In this document: one piece after another, positions 1 through 14,914 of the stretch
How the letters are laid out: each line of letters starts with the position of its first letter
Numbering within the stretch: the stretch's first letter is position 1
Assembly: GCA_030141605.1 (NCBI GenBank)
Contig: JAQGDQ010000209.1
Location: 62,001 to 126,000 of the forward strand
DNA length: 64,000 bases
Source: Tubiluchus corallicola
Lineage: Eukaryota; Animalia; Priapulida
Reading direction: 5' to 3'
Notes under the pieces: model-generated
Told to the model about the DNA's origin: nothing
Databases searched by the model: none
The model's input: the letters and a program-made list of their open reading frames with translations, nothing else
Translations under genes and position numbers: made by a program

Positions 1-255
1 TTAATATTGTCGTTTGACAAATACAGTATAATGTTATTTACTTCTCCAAGTTCGCTTTATTATTTGTATGTAAATTTGTAGTTGATAATTTAAAATGGCA
101 TGAAATCTCAAAAGCTTATGATTGTTCTCCAAAGACCAAACTTTCTATTTTTTTCAAAGTGTATGAATTTCTCCTGTGTTTATTAATTCAAATTCATGCG
201 AGAAAATACTTAGTGTAGATGTTTAAAATACATAAAACATATTATTAAAATATTG

Positions 256-595
256 TCAAAGAATTTTAATTACAGTACTTAGTAGAAAGCTCCAAGCTCC
301 AAACTTTAACTAAACCAAATAAACACGTTAACAAAATTTTTCCAGAAAATTTCTTTCCATTATCTCTTTTATACTTAGTTTCGCTGTAGACATAACCTGC
401 TACCTTATTGAGGGTAGATGTCGGAAATACATGCGTGAAACATACTAAAGTTATCAAAGAATTTTAATTACAGTATTTAAACTTTTAAATAAAAAACTAC
501 AAGTTTCTAAATCTTAATCCTGAAATTTCTTTCTATTTTTCCTTTATATTAAACAGTTTCCCTGTAGGTATAGCCTGTTACTTTTTAGAGGATGT
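256..595 (+). repeat. Degenerate ~200-bp tandem duplication
   Basis: tcaaagaattttaattacagta at ~256 and ~454, followed by similar aaatttctttc...agtttc.ctgtag..ata.cctg.tac.tt blocks. Confidence 0.6.
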
Positions 596-1521
596 TTTCG
601 CTCAGTCGTGTAATCGTGTTACTTTAGCAGTTGCAAATTTACTAACTCATCGCACCAGGCTTTAGCCACATGTAAATCTGTTAGTTTGCTGGTTTCTTGC
701 CTAACAACAACAAATATTGGGCTGCTTTATCTGTTTTCTTTAGCTTTGTAACAAGTGTGGTCGGCAAGCCTTGTTGCAGGTTCAATATACCACATTTAAC
801 CTCCCATGTTTGCAAGTGAAATTTAACTTTTACGCTGTTGAATTAATCGATTCTAAGATATTAGTTATTGACACGCGACTAACAATTCCCAGTAGCTTGG
901 ATTTTAATGACAAACAGACTCTAAAAAGCATTAGGCTTCTTTTAGTGATGTACCTCAGAATGGACGATAGATGTTATCTATAAAGAAAATTATATCCGGA
1001 AACTTAAGATGTTCAATTCATATTCGTACTAATAAACATTAAAACTAAGTAGTCTGCGTATCACACTGCATTTGAAGGCAATGCATTAATAAAATTTATC
1101 ATGTTACCTCGCTCGCATAACATTATGAAAAAACCTGAAACGATTCCGTAACTGTAAGGTTTTACGTTGAATTCCCGCAAACTACCAACTAATACACAAA
1201 AACAATAAAAACCTTCTAAGTTCTTGGAGTCCTTTACTGAGTGTCACTATATCGGCTAGAATTAGAAAAACAAGCCGGAGAAAATAAACAGAATAGAAAC
1301 CTTCTGGCTAAACTTCTACATTATTAGACTCGAGAAGCTTTATTTAGATGCTGTCAGGTGAAAAATATCCAACTCGGCCATGACCAGCTTGTCAGTGACA
1401 GTTGAAGCTGCTTCTGTTTTATCACCACGCAAAGGTTTTTTTGGAAGTTTAGGCGATTGTATTTTAGTCGCTTTTGCTCATAATCTTACGCCTGGCTTAC
1501 ACAGTTTTGTTTCTGTACCAG

Positions 1522-1922
1522 GTTGTCCAGAAGAACCTTGCAAACTCAAATGCGATTATGGTCTGGTAATGACAGAAACTGGCTTCAGCTGCGCCTGCAA
1601 CAAGCCCCAAGGAGAACCCAAATGTCTGACAGAACATTTTATTTACATGTGTAACAAGGAGCTAGATACGTGTGCTGGTTTCGTCTATGATTTCAAGGGC
1701 TGCAGGATGTGTTATTGTTGCCGCCAGGAGTCTACACAAGTGCCAGGCGGCTCTGTGGCTGTTGATGGTGGCTTTGGTGCTCCCGTTCAGGAAACGTATG
1801 GCGAAAGTGCAGTATTTGTCGTTGGTGGGGCTGGTAGTAAACTAGCTGTTGACGTTTTCCTACATGTGGTTGTTGTAACAATAGGACTTGGGTTCAGTTT
1901 TAAAATTATTCACTGTAATTGA
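1522..1922 (+). CDS. Terminal coding exon of a Cys-rich antistasin-like-repeat protein with hydrophobic (GPI/TM-like) C-terminus; upstream exons not identified
   Basis: Acceptor ttttgtttctgtaccag|G at 1521/1522. Encodes CPEEPCKLKCDYGLVMTETGFSCAC and CLTEHFIYMCNKELDTCAGFVYDFKGCRMCYCC (antistasin-like C-x4-C-x3-C-x2-G...G-C-x2-C-x-C pattern), a Gly-rich spacer and VDVFLHVVVVTIGLGFSFKIIHCN*. ORF part 1380-1521 reads as intron. Confidence 0.7.
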
Positions 1923-3397
1923 GAATGGCACACGTTGCTTCGTAACCTACATGAGTTTTGCCAGAAAATTGCTATTTGGATCACGGACAATTACTGAAGC
2001 CTAAATACCTGCAGTGAATCAACTGGTTCTCAAGTCTCTCCAGCACATCTACTCAATAAGTCGTCTAACTGCCAAATGTGGAATAATATCTGTGAACCTT
2101 ATTAAAGTTTTCATATTTTTGTAACTTTGTGCCAAATCTTTTGATGGGGATGTGGTTTTGTGGATTCTGGAGTGGCAATATTACATATGTTCGTTTTTTG
2201 TGACATTGTGTTATTTGAAAGCATTTAAGAGTGTCATGTAGCCTACACTGTTGTGTACATACAAGAACTGTGTTCTAAATTGATCATTGCTTAATGTTCA
2301 CTTTTTTGCAAATTGAAAGCGGCTGGATATTTGGCTATATTGTCCAATTCTGACTGAAGTCTCCAAGTCATGTAATGTTAGAATGATTATTATCCTAAAA
2401 TTTCCTTGTTAGTACTTTTGTCAGAATTTGAGAATGACATCAGAACTGTCACCCATTTTCACTTCAAAGCAAAGTTTTTGAGGTTGGCTTGTAGTACCTT
2501 GTCTCACAGTTACCCAGAATAGGTACCTCATAAGTAAATCCTAAAATTTCTTTCTGCATTTGTACTAGGTCATTTTTGCTTTCACCAATTGTCTGTCTAA
2601 ACTGATTTCGATCAATAGAGAGACTGTTATTTCACTTAACTGTGCAGACATGTGCCACCTGATATCTTGCTGCTAGTATTTTACAGTAGTCTACTGCTAA
2701 TTTGAATAAGTGTTAAATCTCTATAGTGTTCTGAAAATGTTGTCTTTAAACGCTCTAATGAACTGTGTACAATCACATAACAGACGCAAGTACAATTTGT
2801 CCACCAGTACATTTGACAATGTTACGATGCAATAACGCTAAACCAAAGAATTTACTAACAGACCAAAATATATATTTATTTGAGTGATTTATATATAATT
2901 CGTCTTTTCGATCTGTTATTAGTAATCATTCCATTTTTTGTGTTTAATATTTTTAATTACTTTATGTAATGATATTATATTTATATATCACATTTACAGT
3001 ATTCATTAAACTTGCTTTATTATTTTTGCAAGATGGCTATGTAAGCATGATGCTATATGTTTTTGTCATAGAATGTATATTGAGTAGACCTACATTCCAT
3101 TTTGTGATATTATGTGGCATTTTACATATTAAGCTCTCTCACTGAGTGATCTTTAAGTTTCTTTAATTATAAAATTGCGTACTAAAATTTGATTTCGGTG
3201 CGGTTTTTTTCCAATTTTTTGGCTTTATATTATTACAGTTCAGATGATTAGAACACATGTACCGATGTTTGTGTAGCTACAGTGAGCTTGTAAAATAATT
3301 TATGCTTTGGGGTAACGCTGTTGCTTTAGACTTGTACACCTTTTTTGCCATTATCGCTCTTCTCCTTCCTCTCTGTACCAGGTCACGTTTCTTTCAT

Positions 3398-3412
3398 TCT
3401 CTCTCTCTCTCG

Positions 3413-3487
<75 letters not shown>

Positions 3488-3497
3488 TCTTTCTCTG
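3398..3497. repeat. (CT)n microsatellite
   Basis: Direct reading. Confidence 0.95.
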
Positions 3498-6400
3498 TCT
3501 ATTTTCTTTTTTTACTAGCCCATGAATTTATACACTGAATTATGCATTCCTTCCTTAGTTTTATATTTAAGAAATACTATATTTTTAAGAATTTGAATTT
3601 TTAGTGCCAAATTTGAATGCTGTATTTTTGCGTCAATTTTAGAATTTGGAATTTTGTATTTTGTAAGAGAATTTACAGAAATATAATCGTGCTCATATAT
3701 GAACATGTCGGGTTGTTGTTTTTATATTTGCTGTAATTACTATATATTGTAAATTCATTGTGTTTAGATAGATCTGAAAAGATAGAAAATTCTGGAAAGT
3801 GCTTATTCAAAACTTCTTATACTTCTAATCAAAAAACGTAAGTTAAGAACAGACCGAATAATTTACCAGATGTTGGCCAAATGTTTTAATAGTCAGTAGA
3901 AACTGTGGTTTGTATTGCAGGTCTACCGTAATCGCTCTGCTAATATTAATTACAGTAATTTAATTTCTGCATGCCTCCGAGTACCACAGAACTCACCATA
4001 TCCGGCATTTAATGATTTTCGGAAGTTTTTTCGTTGCCTTCACGTCTTGGCGTTCCTATGTGCAGCCAGGAGTTTCAAATCAGCCTGCTGAAACAGGAAA
4101 TGCTTTGTCTCGGCTTGTTTGCAACCTTTGTTTACGTTTGACAATTTCACAAACATCTTTCTGCAAAAGTTTTGTCTAGTGAAACCAGTTAATTCTTCGT
4201 TTTCCTTTGCGGGATTCTTGGGTGCATATTGTCAAATGATGTTCTGAATAACGTTCGACTGTATTTTACTAAACTTCTCTGTTTCATAAACACCTTGCGT
4301 ATGAATTTTACTTGATTTTGATGGGTTAGCTGACTAATTAAGTCACAAAATAAAACAGTTTTAAATAATTTTGTTAGTTATTAGTTAGTTAGTAAACTGG
4401 TATTATTTAATGTCACTCATTTGACCTATATATCATTACGATTACTTTTTCCAACTGGTTTATGGAGCTGCGGACTGTTGAAATCCGATACAATATTGCC
4501 CCCACTACTCGGTTAGCTGGTAGTATTGTGAAACTTTCTGCTGGCTAGTGGTACAATGGATACCATGGTTCCAGAAATCGATTGGGTGCTATGTAATAGA
4601 TCTTTACTTAGCGTTATTTTTTGTTCAAGTGAGATGTTGGCAGTCCGTGGAAAAGAGGCCCTGTATATGTATGTAATTTGCTAAATGGACCCCATGGCTT
4701 CAGCAGTTTAAACCGCTGGCGCAAGCTTGCACGATTGTTGTGTTCACTTACACACCATACAGTGTCTGTCACTGAATTACAGTGTATAGCATTTTTTTTT
4801 AATCGGATTTAAGGACCGGAACCATTGTACATTACTCCCTGCGTTCTGATAAACTTTGGCATTCCAACACTAGATGTTGGGCACACAGGACGACATTTTT
4901 TTGCAAAAAGTTGCAGTCCGGGGTAAAAAGTGCTTGTTTAGTCTAGAATTTTGTGTTTATGAAGACGCTTTATCTTGTCTAGTTTGTCGCGAAATGTACA
5001 GTTTCAAGTCTGCTGTTGGATTGCTTTTAGCTTTTAAATTAATACCTACTAGCAACTTTTAAACTAATTATGCAGTCATTTACTGACTAATAGCTAAAAG
5101 CTAAGAAATTTGTTGCACTAATTTAGATGCTGCCACCGTTTTTGGCTTTACCTACTTCCGCCACGGATCGTGATTTGTTATCATTTAATTGTATACCATG
5201 TTTGCATTAAATTACGTTTGAACGCCTTGAGCAAACGCGCGTGCAATATCATTGTTGAAGCACCGACTAATGCTTAAATCCATGCGTGGTGTAAAAGTCG
5301 AGAGAAATTGAAATGAAACCTGTTATCTTATACGATGAGGCGAATTTTCGATTGACATGATAACTTTGTACGCCTGGCTTGAAGTAACAAACATGACTCA
5401 TTGACTAGCAGTGTCAAGTCGTACAAGATGATTTGATATTCTAGACACATTCTAGTCTAGTGGGATACTGTGACTATGAATAATAATGTGAAGGTGACAA
5501 TGAGTAAGTTTTTCGAAGAAGCACATGTTGTTTTAAATTTGCGAATGTAGGTCTACCTCACATTAATTAAGAATTATCAGTTTATTTCAACTAAAAGTCG
5601 TATATACGCACATACAATAAAATATAAACTATAGCACACAATGTTAAAAATCTGTAAGTAAAAAAATTACATAAAATTAGATATTAGGATAAAAAAATAT
5701 ATACAAAGTATATGTTATCGTATTCTTGTTTACACGTGACATAGTATATTATCACACGTGATTTGTTTCTCATGAACGAAGTTCTATTAAGTGGGGTGTA
5801 GGACTGCAACGTTTTTATAAGCATGCCTATTTGACATTTTTTGATTAAGTTTATATATCCCCCAAGCATCACGAGATCAAATGGCATACAAATTTATCCA
5901 TCGATCAATACGTTCAGGTGGTGGTCTCTCTCTTTGTTACTTTTACATGCAACATTTACATTATGTGTGTAATAAATGAGTCGAGCAGGCTATAATCGCC
6001 ACCCGAAATGCGCACTAACATTAATAAATTATTAAAAATCTGCTGCTAAACAGGGGTTGTAAACGAGACCCGACGAGTCATATAATAAAAGATGCACAAT
6101 ATAATTGCTCGCTTCCAAAACTGACTCCGTCATTCTTATCATTATGCTGTCATTCCAAAATAACTGGCTAGTACTGTACGATCAGGTGTGGCAGGTGTGG
6201 ACTATTCTTCTCTCATTCAGTGCTTGTATGGGGCCCCTGGAAAATCCTGTAATGAATTATCCTTGTGTTGTGTAATAAATCCTGTAATGAATTATTCTAA
6301 ACTTGAAATTTCTGTTTTGTGGATTTTTGCATGATCTTAAATGAACAATTCGGTAAAATCAGATTGAAAAATCTGCTAGTCCAAGACGAAACTATTTCAA

Positions 6401-7744
6401 CACTTTTAGTATGCCAACCACTTTGCATCATAAAATTGATCGAGTTAGGAAAATTTTTATCGCGTTGTCCGCTCTCCACAGGACCTTGGTCATTTTTGCT
6501 TTCGAATTTTTAGCTTTTGGTATAACCTGCTAAAGAAATAACTGCTAAAGATCTCTAGGGGCGAAAGTTCTCCACTGTTTTGACGTTAGTGCATTTACTA
6601 ATGGACCTAGTTCACGTTATGAATGCGACTGCCAGGTGTTTCACACAAAGTGAAGCGCCCGACGGCTGCAACTGTGTTTGGTCTAGGATATTGGGTGTAG
6701 CTTATATTGGGTAGCAAATATAGGCGCTGGAATGGTGTACTGATCCATTTCCTTTGCTGCCAAGACGCTAAGCAACAATTTCAATTCTTCGAATTGCAAA
6801 AAAACTAAATAGAAAAAGGTATCTGTGAATGTGTAGACGTTTTTTTTGTTTTGTAAAGAGTTATAATCAACAAAAAATACCAGTTTCACTGGGTTGCAGC
6901 TGTGCGGTCAACGGCTGTTTAAATCGCGCATTTTTGGGCAAGGCGCATCATCAAAAAGTAAATTGGCTGACTAATTCTTTGAAGCGGCAATCCAATCTTT
7001 AATTTTCAGATTTGGACGTTTTCAAACGGTGCATTTCAACTTCTAGAATATTTAGAAGTTGCCCTTTTCAGCTTCAATTTCCACCTTTAAAATGCCGGAT
7101 ACCATATTGTAACGGTACCACGCGTACCATATTTTTTCCATTGGTCAGCGTCAAAATTAGCAATAATAAGGACCCAAAAGAACGAAATACACGCAGGGTA
7201 AATTGAGCGTAATATCAGTTCTTGAGTCGTATTATTTGTATGCCATGAGAAGAAACCAGTGCTCAGAGACAGTATATAAGCTAGGAAAATCATGTAAGCT
7301 GCAGCATAAATCTACAAGGTTCCATGAACCATGAATTGCAAATTTTAGCTTAGTAATTTGTCACGCCACGGTTGTTGGCATTTGCACTAACTGCCTTAAA
7401 TGAGCGGACTCAATTGATCGTGTCCCAGCTTCTGACGAAATATCGAGTCAGAATGCCATTACAGGAAGCATGCTCTAAATCTTTGGACCCCTAATGCTAT
7501 GCAGGTCACGTCTAACGAAGCCAAGTTGAAAAGATTTGTTATAACGTAAGAACAACAGCGAATAATTAACAATGTCACAGTCTCTGGCTTCTTTAGAAAT
7601 TCTCTAGATAATGTCTTAAATGTGCAGATGACAAACGTAAAACGTAAAATATCGAGGACAGTTAATTGTTTCCTCTGTTTTCTAGGAATTAGAGTTTAAG
7701 AATTCCACATTGAATTAGTTCTGGAAAAGTCAAAGGAGTATAAT

Positions 7745-8070
7745 TATTTATTTTATTTCAGACATTTAGATCCATAAAAGAACAATAAAATAGACACAAG
7801 AAAAAAGCGCACAGAGTTAGTTTACAGAAACATAGTAAGACTATATACAAGAAAGGGTTAGTTAGAATGGGCAGATAAAATTCTTTGCCACGACTTAAAA
7901 TTGTATCAGTATTGCACAGCGAGTTATTAATAACAGTATTTTGACTCCAACTATAATTAAAGTATTTTTTTCTAAGCAGATTGGCATAGCCACGTGAGAT
8001 ATCAGATTGGTGTGCGTTTTAAATTTATGCAGGCAGTCAGGTGCTACACTACATCAAGACCATTATACAA
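7745..8070 (-). mobile_element. Possible very decayed LINE 3' end
   Basis: Minus strand ends tatggatctaaatgtctgaaataaaataaaat, resembling a LINE 3' tail; upstream coding remnant barely readable. Confidence 0.3.
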
Positions 8071-9359
8071 CATTTCATGCCCAATAATTCTCAAGTACTA
8101 ACTATACTAAAAAATAGATAGTTTAGGGATCAGGCTTCAGCGCTTTTGTTATGTAACATTTGTCTGGTCTCTACTGTACCTGACTCAGACAGCGTGACTC
8201 AGTGTCTCTTCTCAGTCTCCCAGCATGATTCACAACACTCGAGAGAATCATGCCGGCATACATCCAGCCATTAACATGCAATGCCTTTCCTTCGCAATTA
8301 CATTATTGTTTTCTCTCTATGGCCTGGCCAATACTTGGAAAACACCCGGCTAATGTCATCGGAATTGCAGGCACTGGCAGCATTTTTATTGCGATCGGCT
8401 AATTTATATTCAATGAAGGTTGGGATATTAACCCTAAAACGCCAATAAAACCTTTAAAAAGATCGTGATCTCATGTTTAGGAGCGGCCGCAAAAGATGTA
8501 CAATATGTGTACGTAAGAAATATCATAGATGCAAAGTATAAAATGATCCTAGTAGACAGATATACACAAAAAAGTTAAAAGCAGCATTTTTTAGAAATAA
8601 TTACTTTTAAAAGTGACATTACAAATTTACAATCTTAAACTTTTCATACAATGTTAAATTGGTGCTTGCGAGAACTTAATAGTGTAAAGTAAAACTAAGT
8701 TCATCGAAATAATTAGTCTTTTTCATTTTGCAAGTCAACTTTTTAGGATTTTATTATTAAATTCGACTGTAGGCTGTTTTAAATGGATCTCGTATTTAGT
8801 TGTTAAATATACGTGATAAATGGTAATCTTGATAGATCTGCCTTCAACACGTTTGTTTGTACATTAGACGCTTTTGACGCTGGAATGGCATGTAGTTCTC
8901 GAGTTTTTAGATTTTGTAGTGGCACTCTATTCAGCATTTGCGGGCGATTAAGCCACGCTATGAAATAGCTGTGGTGCTCGCTATATAATATATAGTGGAG
9001 TGTAGCGTGTAGCATCTGCATTTCTAATAGAACTGCAGACAGGTTACTACTGTTGTTCAGCTTCTGTGGAATCTCACACATAACATGCTCCCGCCAACCG
9101 CATCTTTTGTCATTAAGCGGGATTCATCCTCGTCCGATTACTGAGAAACGACAATTACGGTATCTTTGCCAAAATTTACCCGAACAAAGCTTAGAGAGGA
9201 GAAAAGACAACTCTAATTGAAGTAACTGCCTCAAAAGCATTCCACACATAGGGCTATATTAGTTACCATTACGCTTGTCTGCCTGAAAGACTACTAAAAA
9301 GAATATTCTTAACAATTTAAATTATTTTTCCAAATTTAACATCACGCAATCTACCGATA

Positions 9360-9485
9360 AAATAACTGCACCTAACGGTTATCACGGGAGTTTAAGTTTA
9401 TACAACATTGCTAGTGCAAGCTCTGTATGCAATAAGACAGTGTGTAAGTTATACAAAAGTGATAGCATGTAAGTGATACAAAATT
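9360..9485 (+). repeat. Dispersed repeat (second copy 32952-33063)
   Basis: ctgc.cctaa.ggttatcacgg.agtttaa...ctctgtatgcaa.aaga...gatagcatgta.gt.atacaaaatt shared. Confidence 0.7.
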
Positions 9486-12400
9486 TCAAGGCATTTTTAA
9501 ACTTTATTTATGAAAAGTGTTTTCTTGTGCTTTAATAAGCAGGAATTATCTGTTAGTGGTAGATTGACGTTTTAGTTCACTTTGAGAAAATAATTTTGGG
9601 TTGGTAGCATACATGAAAATACCGTGACTGCCATTTTGATGACAATATTAAAATTTCATAAAACAACTTTGCTAGTATTTTTCCGTTTTTAACTAAGACA
9701 TGTTTCTCAGAAATGTATTAAAAAGTCAGCGAGTGATTTTGTTCTGCTGACTGAATGAATGACATACACCAAAAAACCATTTAGCGATGTTCATATTTTG
9801 TCTCTTTTCAAGGCTTTCAAGTATTTAAGTACATTATTAGCCGTATTTCGTTCATTCCTGAGTTTCCTTTCATTAAAATACAGAAATCGAGGATGGTTAC
9901 GGTAGCAGTCCTCGTTTCATTACCACACAATTGCTTCTCTTGCTTGGGAGGGGGCGTGCCTACTATTTCATCTTGAAAAGTTATTTCGAAGAGCTTTCCG
10001 CTGACAATGCAGTCTAATCAAGTGAGAATCGCAGCTTTACGACATCAGATGTTCTGTATCGCCAAAGAAAGAGGTATTTTTTGTTTTCCTAAGGCAGATT
10101 AGGGAAGGCAGGTCAATTACTAACACACATTGGCGGAGACCCATTATAAAAGAATTAAACAGTGTAAACATTTTAAAACCGCAATGCGATTTAGTATGTT
10201 TTTACCAAAATCGTGTTTTCAATACACACACTGGGTACGTTATGGAAGTGATGAGCTGAATTCTATAGCAAAGCAGACCTAAGTTGTAACGTGGCAAATG
10301 ATAGAGCGATAGTCCAGCATTTTAATATGGCCGAATTTCAGTCTTTCTCTTTGTAAATTAAACCAGTTGCTACATTTATATTGTATGTAAATCAGTGTGA
10401 GCAGGAAATCGATTGTTGGATTTTTATACGATATGGCACGTTGCAAGCTGGTATCCAGTACTCAGTGACACAGCTGGCTCAGTTATAAAGCTAATGTTCT
10501 AAGATGAAACAGATCTGACAGCGGATTTGAAAATGCATACATTTTTCCTCAGTGTTAGTGATATCCAGAACCTGTACAGCGAGTGGAACTAACCCAAAGT
10601 ATGCATTGAATGTCATGGTCACTTATTCATTTACTGCCTAGGTCCAACGTTGCCAATCACCCGCGAAACCGCTCGTACCTAGATTATATACTATACATTC
10701 GCGGCTTCGTCCCAGGTTATATATACTATGATCTGTACTAATAACAATATTGAAACCCGTATGAAATCTATACAAAACTTCACTGAACGTTTTTTGTAAC
10801 AATACAAAAAGTGAACAAGTACTCCCTCTGTGCTTTGTGAACTCAGCTCAGTGCCCATTAGCACTGTTGTCTATGTAGTACAGCACAGCTTTCTCAGTTT
10901 CACACGCAAAACTTTAATTATTTATGTCAATTTCTCTCATACATAAATACTGTTTTGTTTACGCGTCAGTGAGCCACGAGGATGGATTAGCTTGCCATTA
11001 TTGGGAAGTTGTAAAATCGCTCAAATCACTACACTGTTTTATTCTAAACTCATTAATCAAGTTCGCGCAATGTCGTGCTCCTTTCAAAATTTTTGGGTGT
11101 TTGTAGCGCTTGTCAGAGCTGTTTATAATGCGTGTGATTTGTGTGTATGATTTATGTCCAGATAAATTATCCTGAGTGAAAATAAAATAATTAATGGTGT
11201 TAGTTAATTGTTTTGTGCACATACCTTTGCCTCCTTTCTTTTAAAATATTACATAAGAATGCGAACCAATTTACTTCGTTAATTAATTAGTTTCAGTTGA
11301 TTTAACGATGTTTAACACAATGTTAGTAGACCAGGCAGGATGATTTCAAGTACTTTCGTGGTAGATTTTATCAAAATTTTAAATCTAGTTGCACTGTCGT
11401 TGATTTTGGGAAGAAAATTGTATCATCAAGATTGAGTTAACTCGGTTAACCTTTAGGTAGGTTACAAGCTTGCGAAGTTATCTTTTTAATAATTGAAGCG
11501 ATAGCGGCGTGTTGATGGACTCTTACAATAATTCCGTGCTAGTTCGAACTACAATTATTATCTCTGAAGAGCAGAAGATATATTGAAGATCTAATATTAA
11601 AGTTGATTTTTCAATATGCGCCTGGGTTTTTGAAACTTGAAAGTTGAAACCAAAAATAAAATTGTGGTTGGTGATAAGCTGCGCGCTTGAAGGGGGCATT
11701 AGTATCCGTAGCATGCCAAAATTTGTATTTTTGTAACCCATCAAAATATTGCGTGAAATTTAATTGTCTATTTTATATTATATTTCATATTTATTAGTGC
11801 CAAAAATACATACAATGCAAAAATACATACAATTTCAATTTTGAAATATAGTGACACTTCAGACAAACGAACAATTATTGATAAAATCAATCAAGTTAGT
11901 TATTTTAGTTATTTAATTGAAGAGTTTAATGATTAGTATTTGAAATAGATTGCCACTCATCTGGCCTCGCTTTCAATAATATGATCATTACATAGTATTT
12001 TGTTCATCATGTTTTAAGAACGCTTTTTCAACATAGTCAATAAATGTCTTAATTACTTTTAAATCACTACTTCCCATCAAAAATAAAAATTTATTAGTAT
12101 TGCTCATAAGAAAAAATTCTGGTATCATTAGATTGATGTGACTATAATTTTTCTCTAAAATCATTGTAACGTATATCTTCTTACATGCTATTATTCTGAT
12201 GCCGCTATTAGTTGATCATGGAACCACCATTTATTGACCACAAGATTTTTTGTTATCGTTAGATTGTTTTGAACTTTAGTACGCTTATACTAATAATACA
12301 GTTTTTATACAAAAACGGTTTCTTAAACTGCGTAAAATGTCAAAAAACCTAAAACTCAACGAGGCACGCTGAAATGCATTCTATGTGACTGCAAACGGCT

Positions 12401-14725
12401 TTGTGTAATTGATGACTTATGATGGCGTCCAGTTATTAACTTCAAGAGTGCATTAAATCTCATGGTAATAAATATTCACTGCCTAGTGCCTACCTAACGT
12501 AATATTCTGACTTTTGAGTCAGAGGCGCTTGGCTTGTAAATCAGACAAGGTTTTTATTGTAAGGATGCAAGAAATTTATACTACTGATGTATATAATCAG
12601 TTTATAACTTTTCCTTTTACTGGGTTTACTCTCAAGCAAGCCGTGCGAGTTTAAATTAAATGGCGCGTCCAGTCATGTCAGGGAGCAGCAGAAAATTAAT
12701 TCTCGGTTCTTTTATTTAGAAAACGAGTTTTCGGGTGTTTCTTTTTCACACAGTGCTGGGGGTTATTCGGAGCTTTTGTCAAAGTGCGCTTTGGTGTCAT
12801 ATGTTTTCTTGTGTCACTTACGACAAAGCTCGTCCAAATTGCTACAGTAGCAACTAATAGCCCCAAGAACGTAGTTTCACGCTGGGCAAGATGCTGGCAT
12901 ACCTATGTGATACCTGCAACATTTCTTGCCATATGGGGTCATCCTTGGTGCATGTTTGCCACAAGACTTCAAAAAACTCAGTTTAAAGCCATTTGAGTGG
13001 AAATTTATGTGAATTGTCGCGCACTTCTTATTACGTTTGTTTACACAATTTTCCCCGTGGCGCATACCACAACATAATTTCCCACAAAACAGTGAGATTT
13101 TTATCATTCTCTGGCTTATGATGTATTCGTGGTCGGTTGAAATGTTAACGACTCGAAAATACAAAAAAGAAGTTTTGTAAAGATGCTTTGAGAAACTCTG
13201 AACAGTATTCATATAAAAATTCCACACACGATAAGTCCATGTTTGGATATCTGACTTGGGTCATACGGGAGAGATATCTAAGGTTCTCTTTACGTGACAG
13301 CAGTAATTTTGAGTGATAGTTTATTTTTCACTTGTTATAGAAAGGAGCCTGAGACTTTGAAGTTGCAGTATAGTCACTACTGACGTAAATGACTAAGTTT
13401 AGCAACTGGCAAAGTCAGTTTCAAGCTGCACAATGCGAAACTGAAGTTCATGTTTTGCTTAGGCAGTCACACCTGAACACATTGGACAGTAATAACGTAT
13501 AACAGGTATGAAGTCGAAAAGCTGGACGAAGACTGGTTGTATAAATTAAAGTGATTCTGCAATTATTTGTTTGACAGTCACTGTGTGTGTTTCATTTTGT
13601 TTAGGGCTAGCTAAAAGACACCGTCAGATTCAAATTATCAAAGTATTTATGGTGAAATTTGCGTCTGCCACACGTTTGGGCATTTTATAAAAGCATGTTT
13701 TTGGTTTAACCAACTACAAGCATTTATTCCTTTGATTTCTCACATTTTTATACTAGTAGAAATTAGAAAACACCTGTATTTGTAGGTACTCAGATTCAGA
13801 CAATACATGCTCATGGGATCGTATCCATTCAATAGGCATCCACGACATCCACGACAGCCCTGAGTTTGGAGCTTACAAAAACTAGCTTCGTAAATTGTGA
13901 CCGTGTGAACGTTGTATGTAACGCGTCAATTAAATTAAGCAGTAGATTGATGAACTGAGCAAGTTATTGTGAAATAGAGCACTTAAGCAGTGACATCTAC
14001 AAAGCTAAGAAACTGAATTAGGATGAGGTAACACAATAATTAAAACACACACTTCAGCTGTAGGGTATGTCTTTAAAGTGCATACTGATTTAAAATGCCC
14101 CAATGCATTGTATTAGGCTGTTTTGGAACTTACTTTGAAGCAATAATCAAATATTAACTTGTGAGTAATTGGAAATTACACGGCGACGAGCTGACAGGAT
14201 AACACAGCAACTTACACGTTTAAGAGAAAATTCGTTTTTTAACTAAAACTCAATGTCTTTGTTTAGGAATATTTTGCTTCTCAAACCCTAACCATACTCT
14301 TTGTCTACACAAGAGTTTACTCTTAAAACGTTTCACCCTAGCCTATACACAAAAATTTAGCAGCGAATAATAAAGCGGTACAGGCAATAAACTCGAGTAG
14401 GTTACGCCATTTATGCCAAAAAGGGAAACTTTAGCCAAGTTAACAAAACTCGGTGACAGGTGAAGATATACAATCTGGCAGCAGCTGACGCTGATATCGT
14501 ATCTGTAGATACAGTGACGTCTTTTCATGTCAGCATTTAGTTCCGTTGCTAGATTCTCCTTCATTGCATTGTGTCGGTAATTGCGGCTACTTATATAATA
14601 TTCAAACTTGGCAAGAACAATATACATATAAGATGAAAAGGCTAGGTAGAAAAGCCTTTAAATCGCACTTAGTCTCTGTACACGAATTTTTGTTGCAGTT
14701 TTCACAGACGGCTGGGTTTCTGTAA

Positions 14726-14914
14726 AGTGGCGTTTATATAGCATCCGGAATGCATTGTGCGTTATTCCCACGTGGAATAAAAAAAATCAATAGGAAATAC
14801 CTACAGAAAAAGAATAACGTAAGTCAAATAAAGGGGTGCATTGAAAACAATATAAACCGATTTTATCTATTCCGCATAATGCATACGCATTCGGGATGGT
14901 ACATAAATGCCACT
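14726..14914. mobile_element. MITE family A copy 1 (PIF/Harbinger-like)
   Basis: Imperfect TIRs AGTGGCGTTTAT...ATAAATGCCACT, flanked by TAA/TAA; internal sequence shared with 24085-24246 and 57284-57452. Confidence 0.8.

Noticed and set aside
1380-1521. N-terminal part of the 180-aa ORF
   Set aside because: Ends in a polypyrimidine tract plus AG, is not a signal peptide and reads as intron open by chance
1950-2000. SECIS-like ATGA...AAAA...TGA after the TGA stop at 1920-1922
   Set aside because: Spacing and helix pairing do not fit a SECIS; TGA follows a natural hydrophobic C-terminus
11070-11131. MSCSFQNFWVFVALVRAVYNA as signal exon of the NCAM-like gene
   Set aside because: Its nearest GT gives phase 2 and a weak donor, but exon 16655 needs phase 1; signal exon left unresolved
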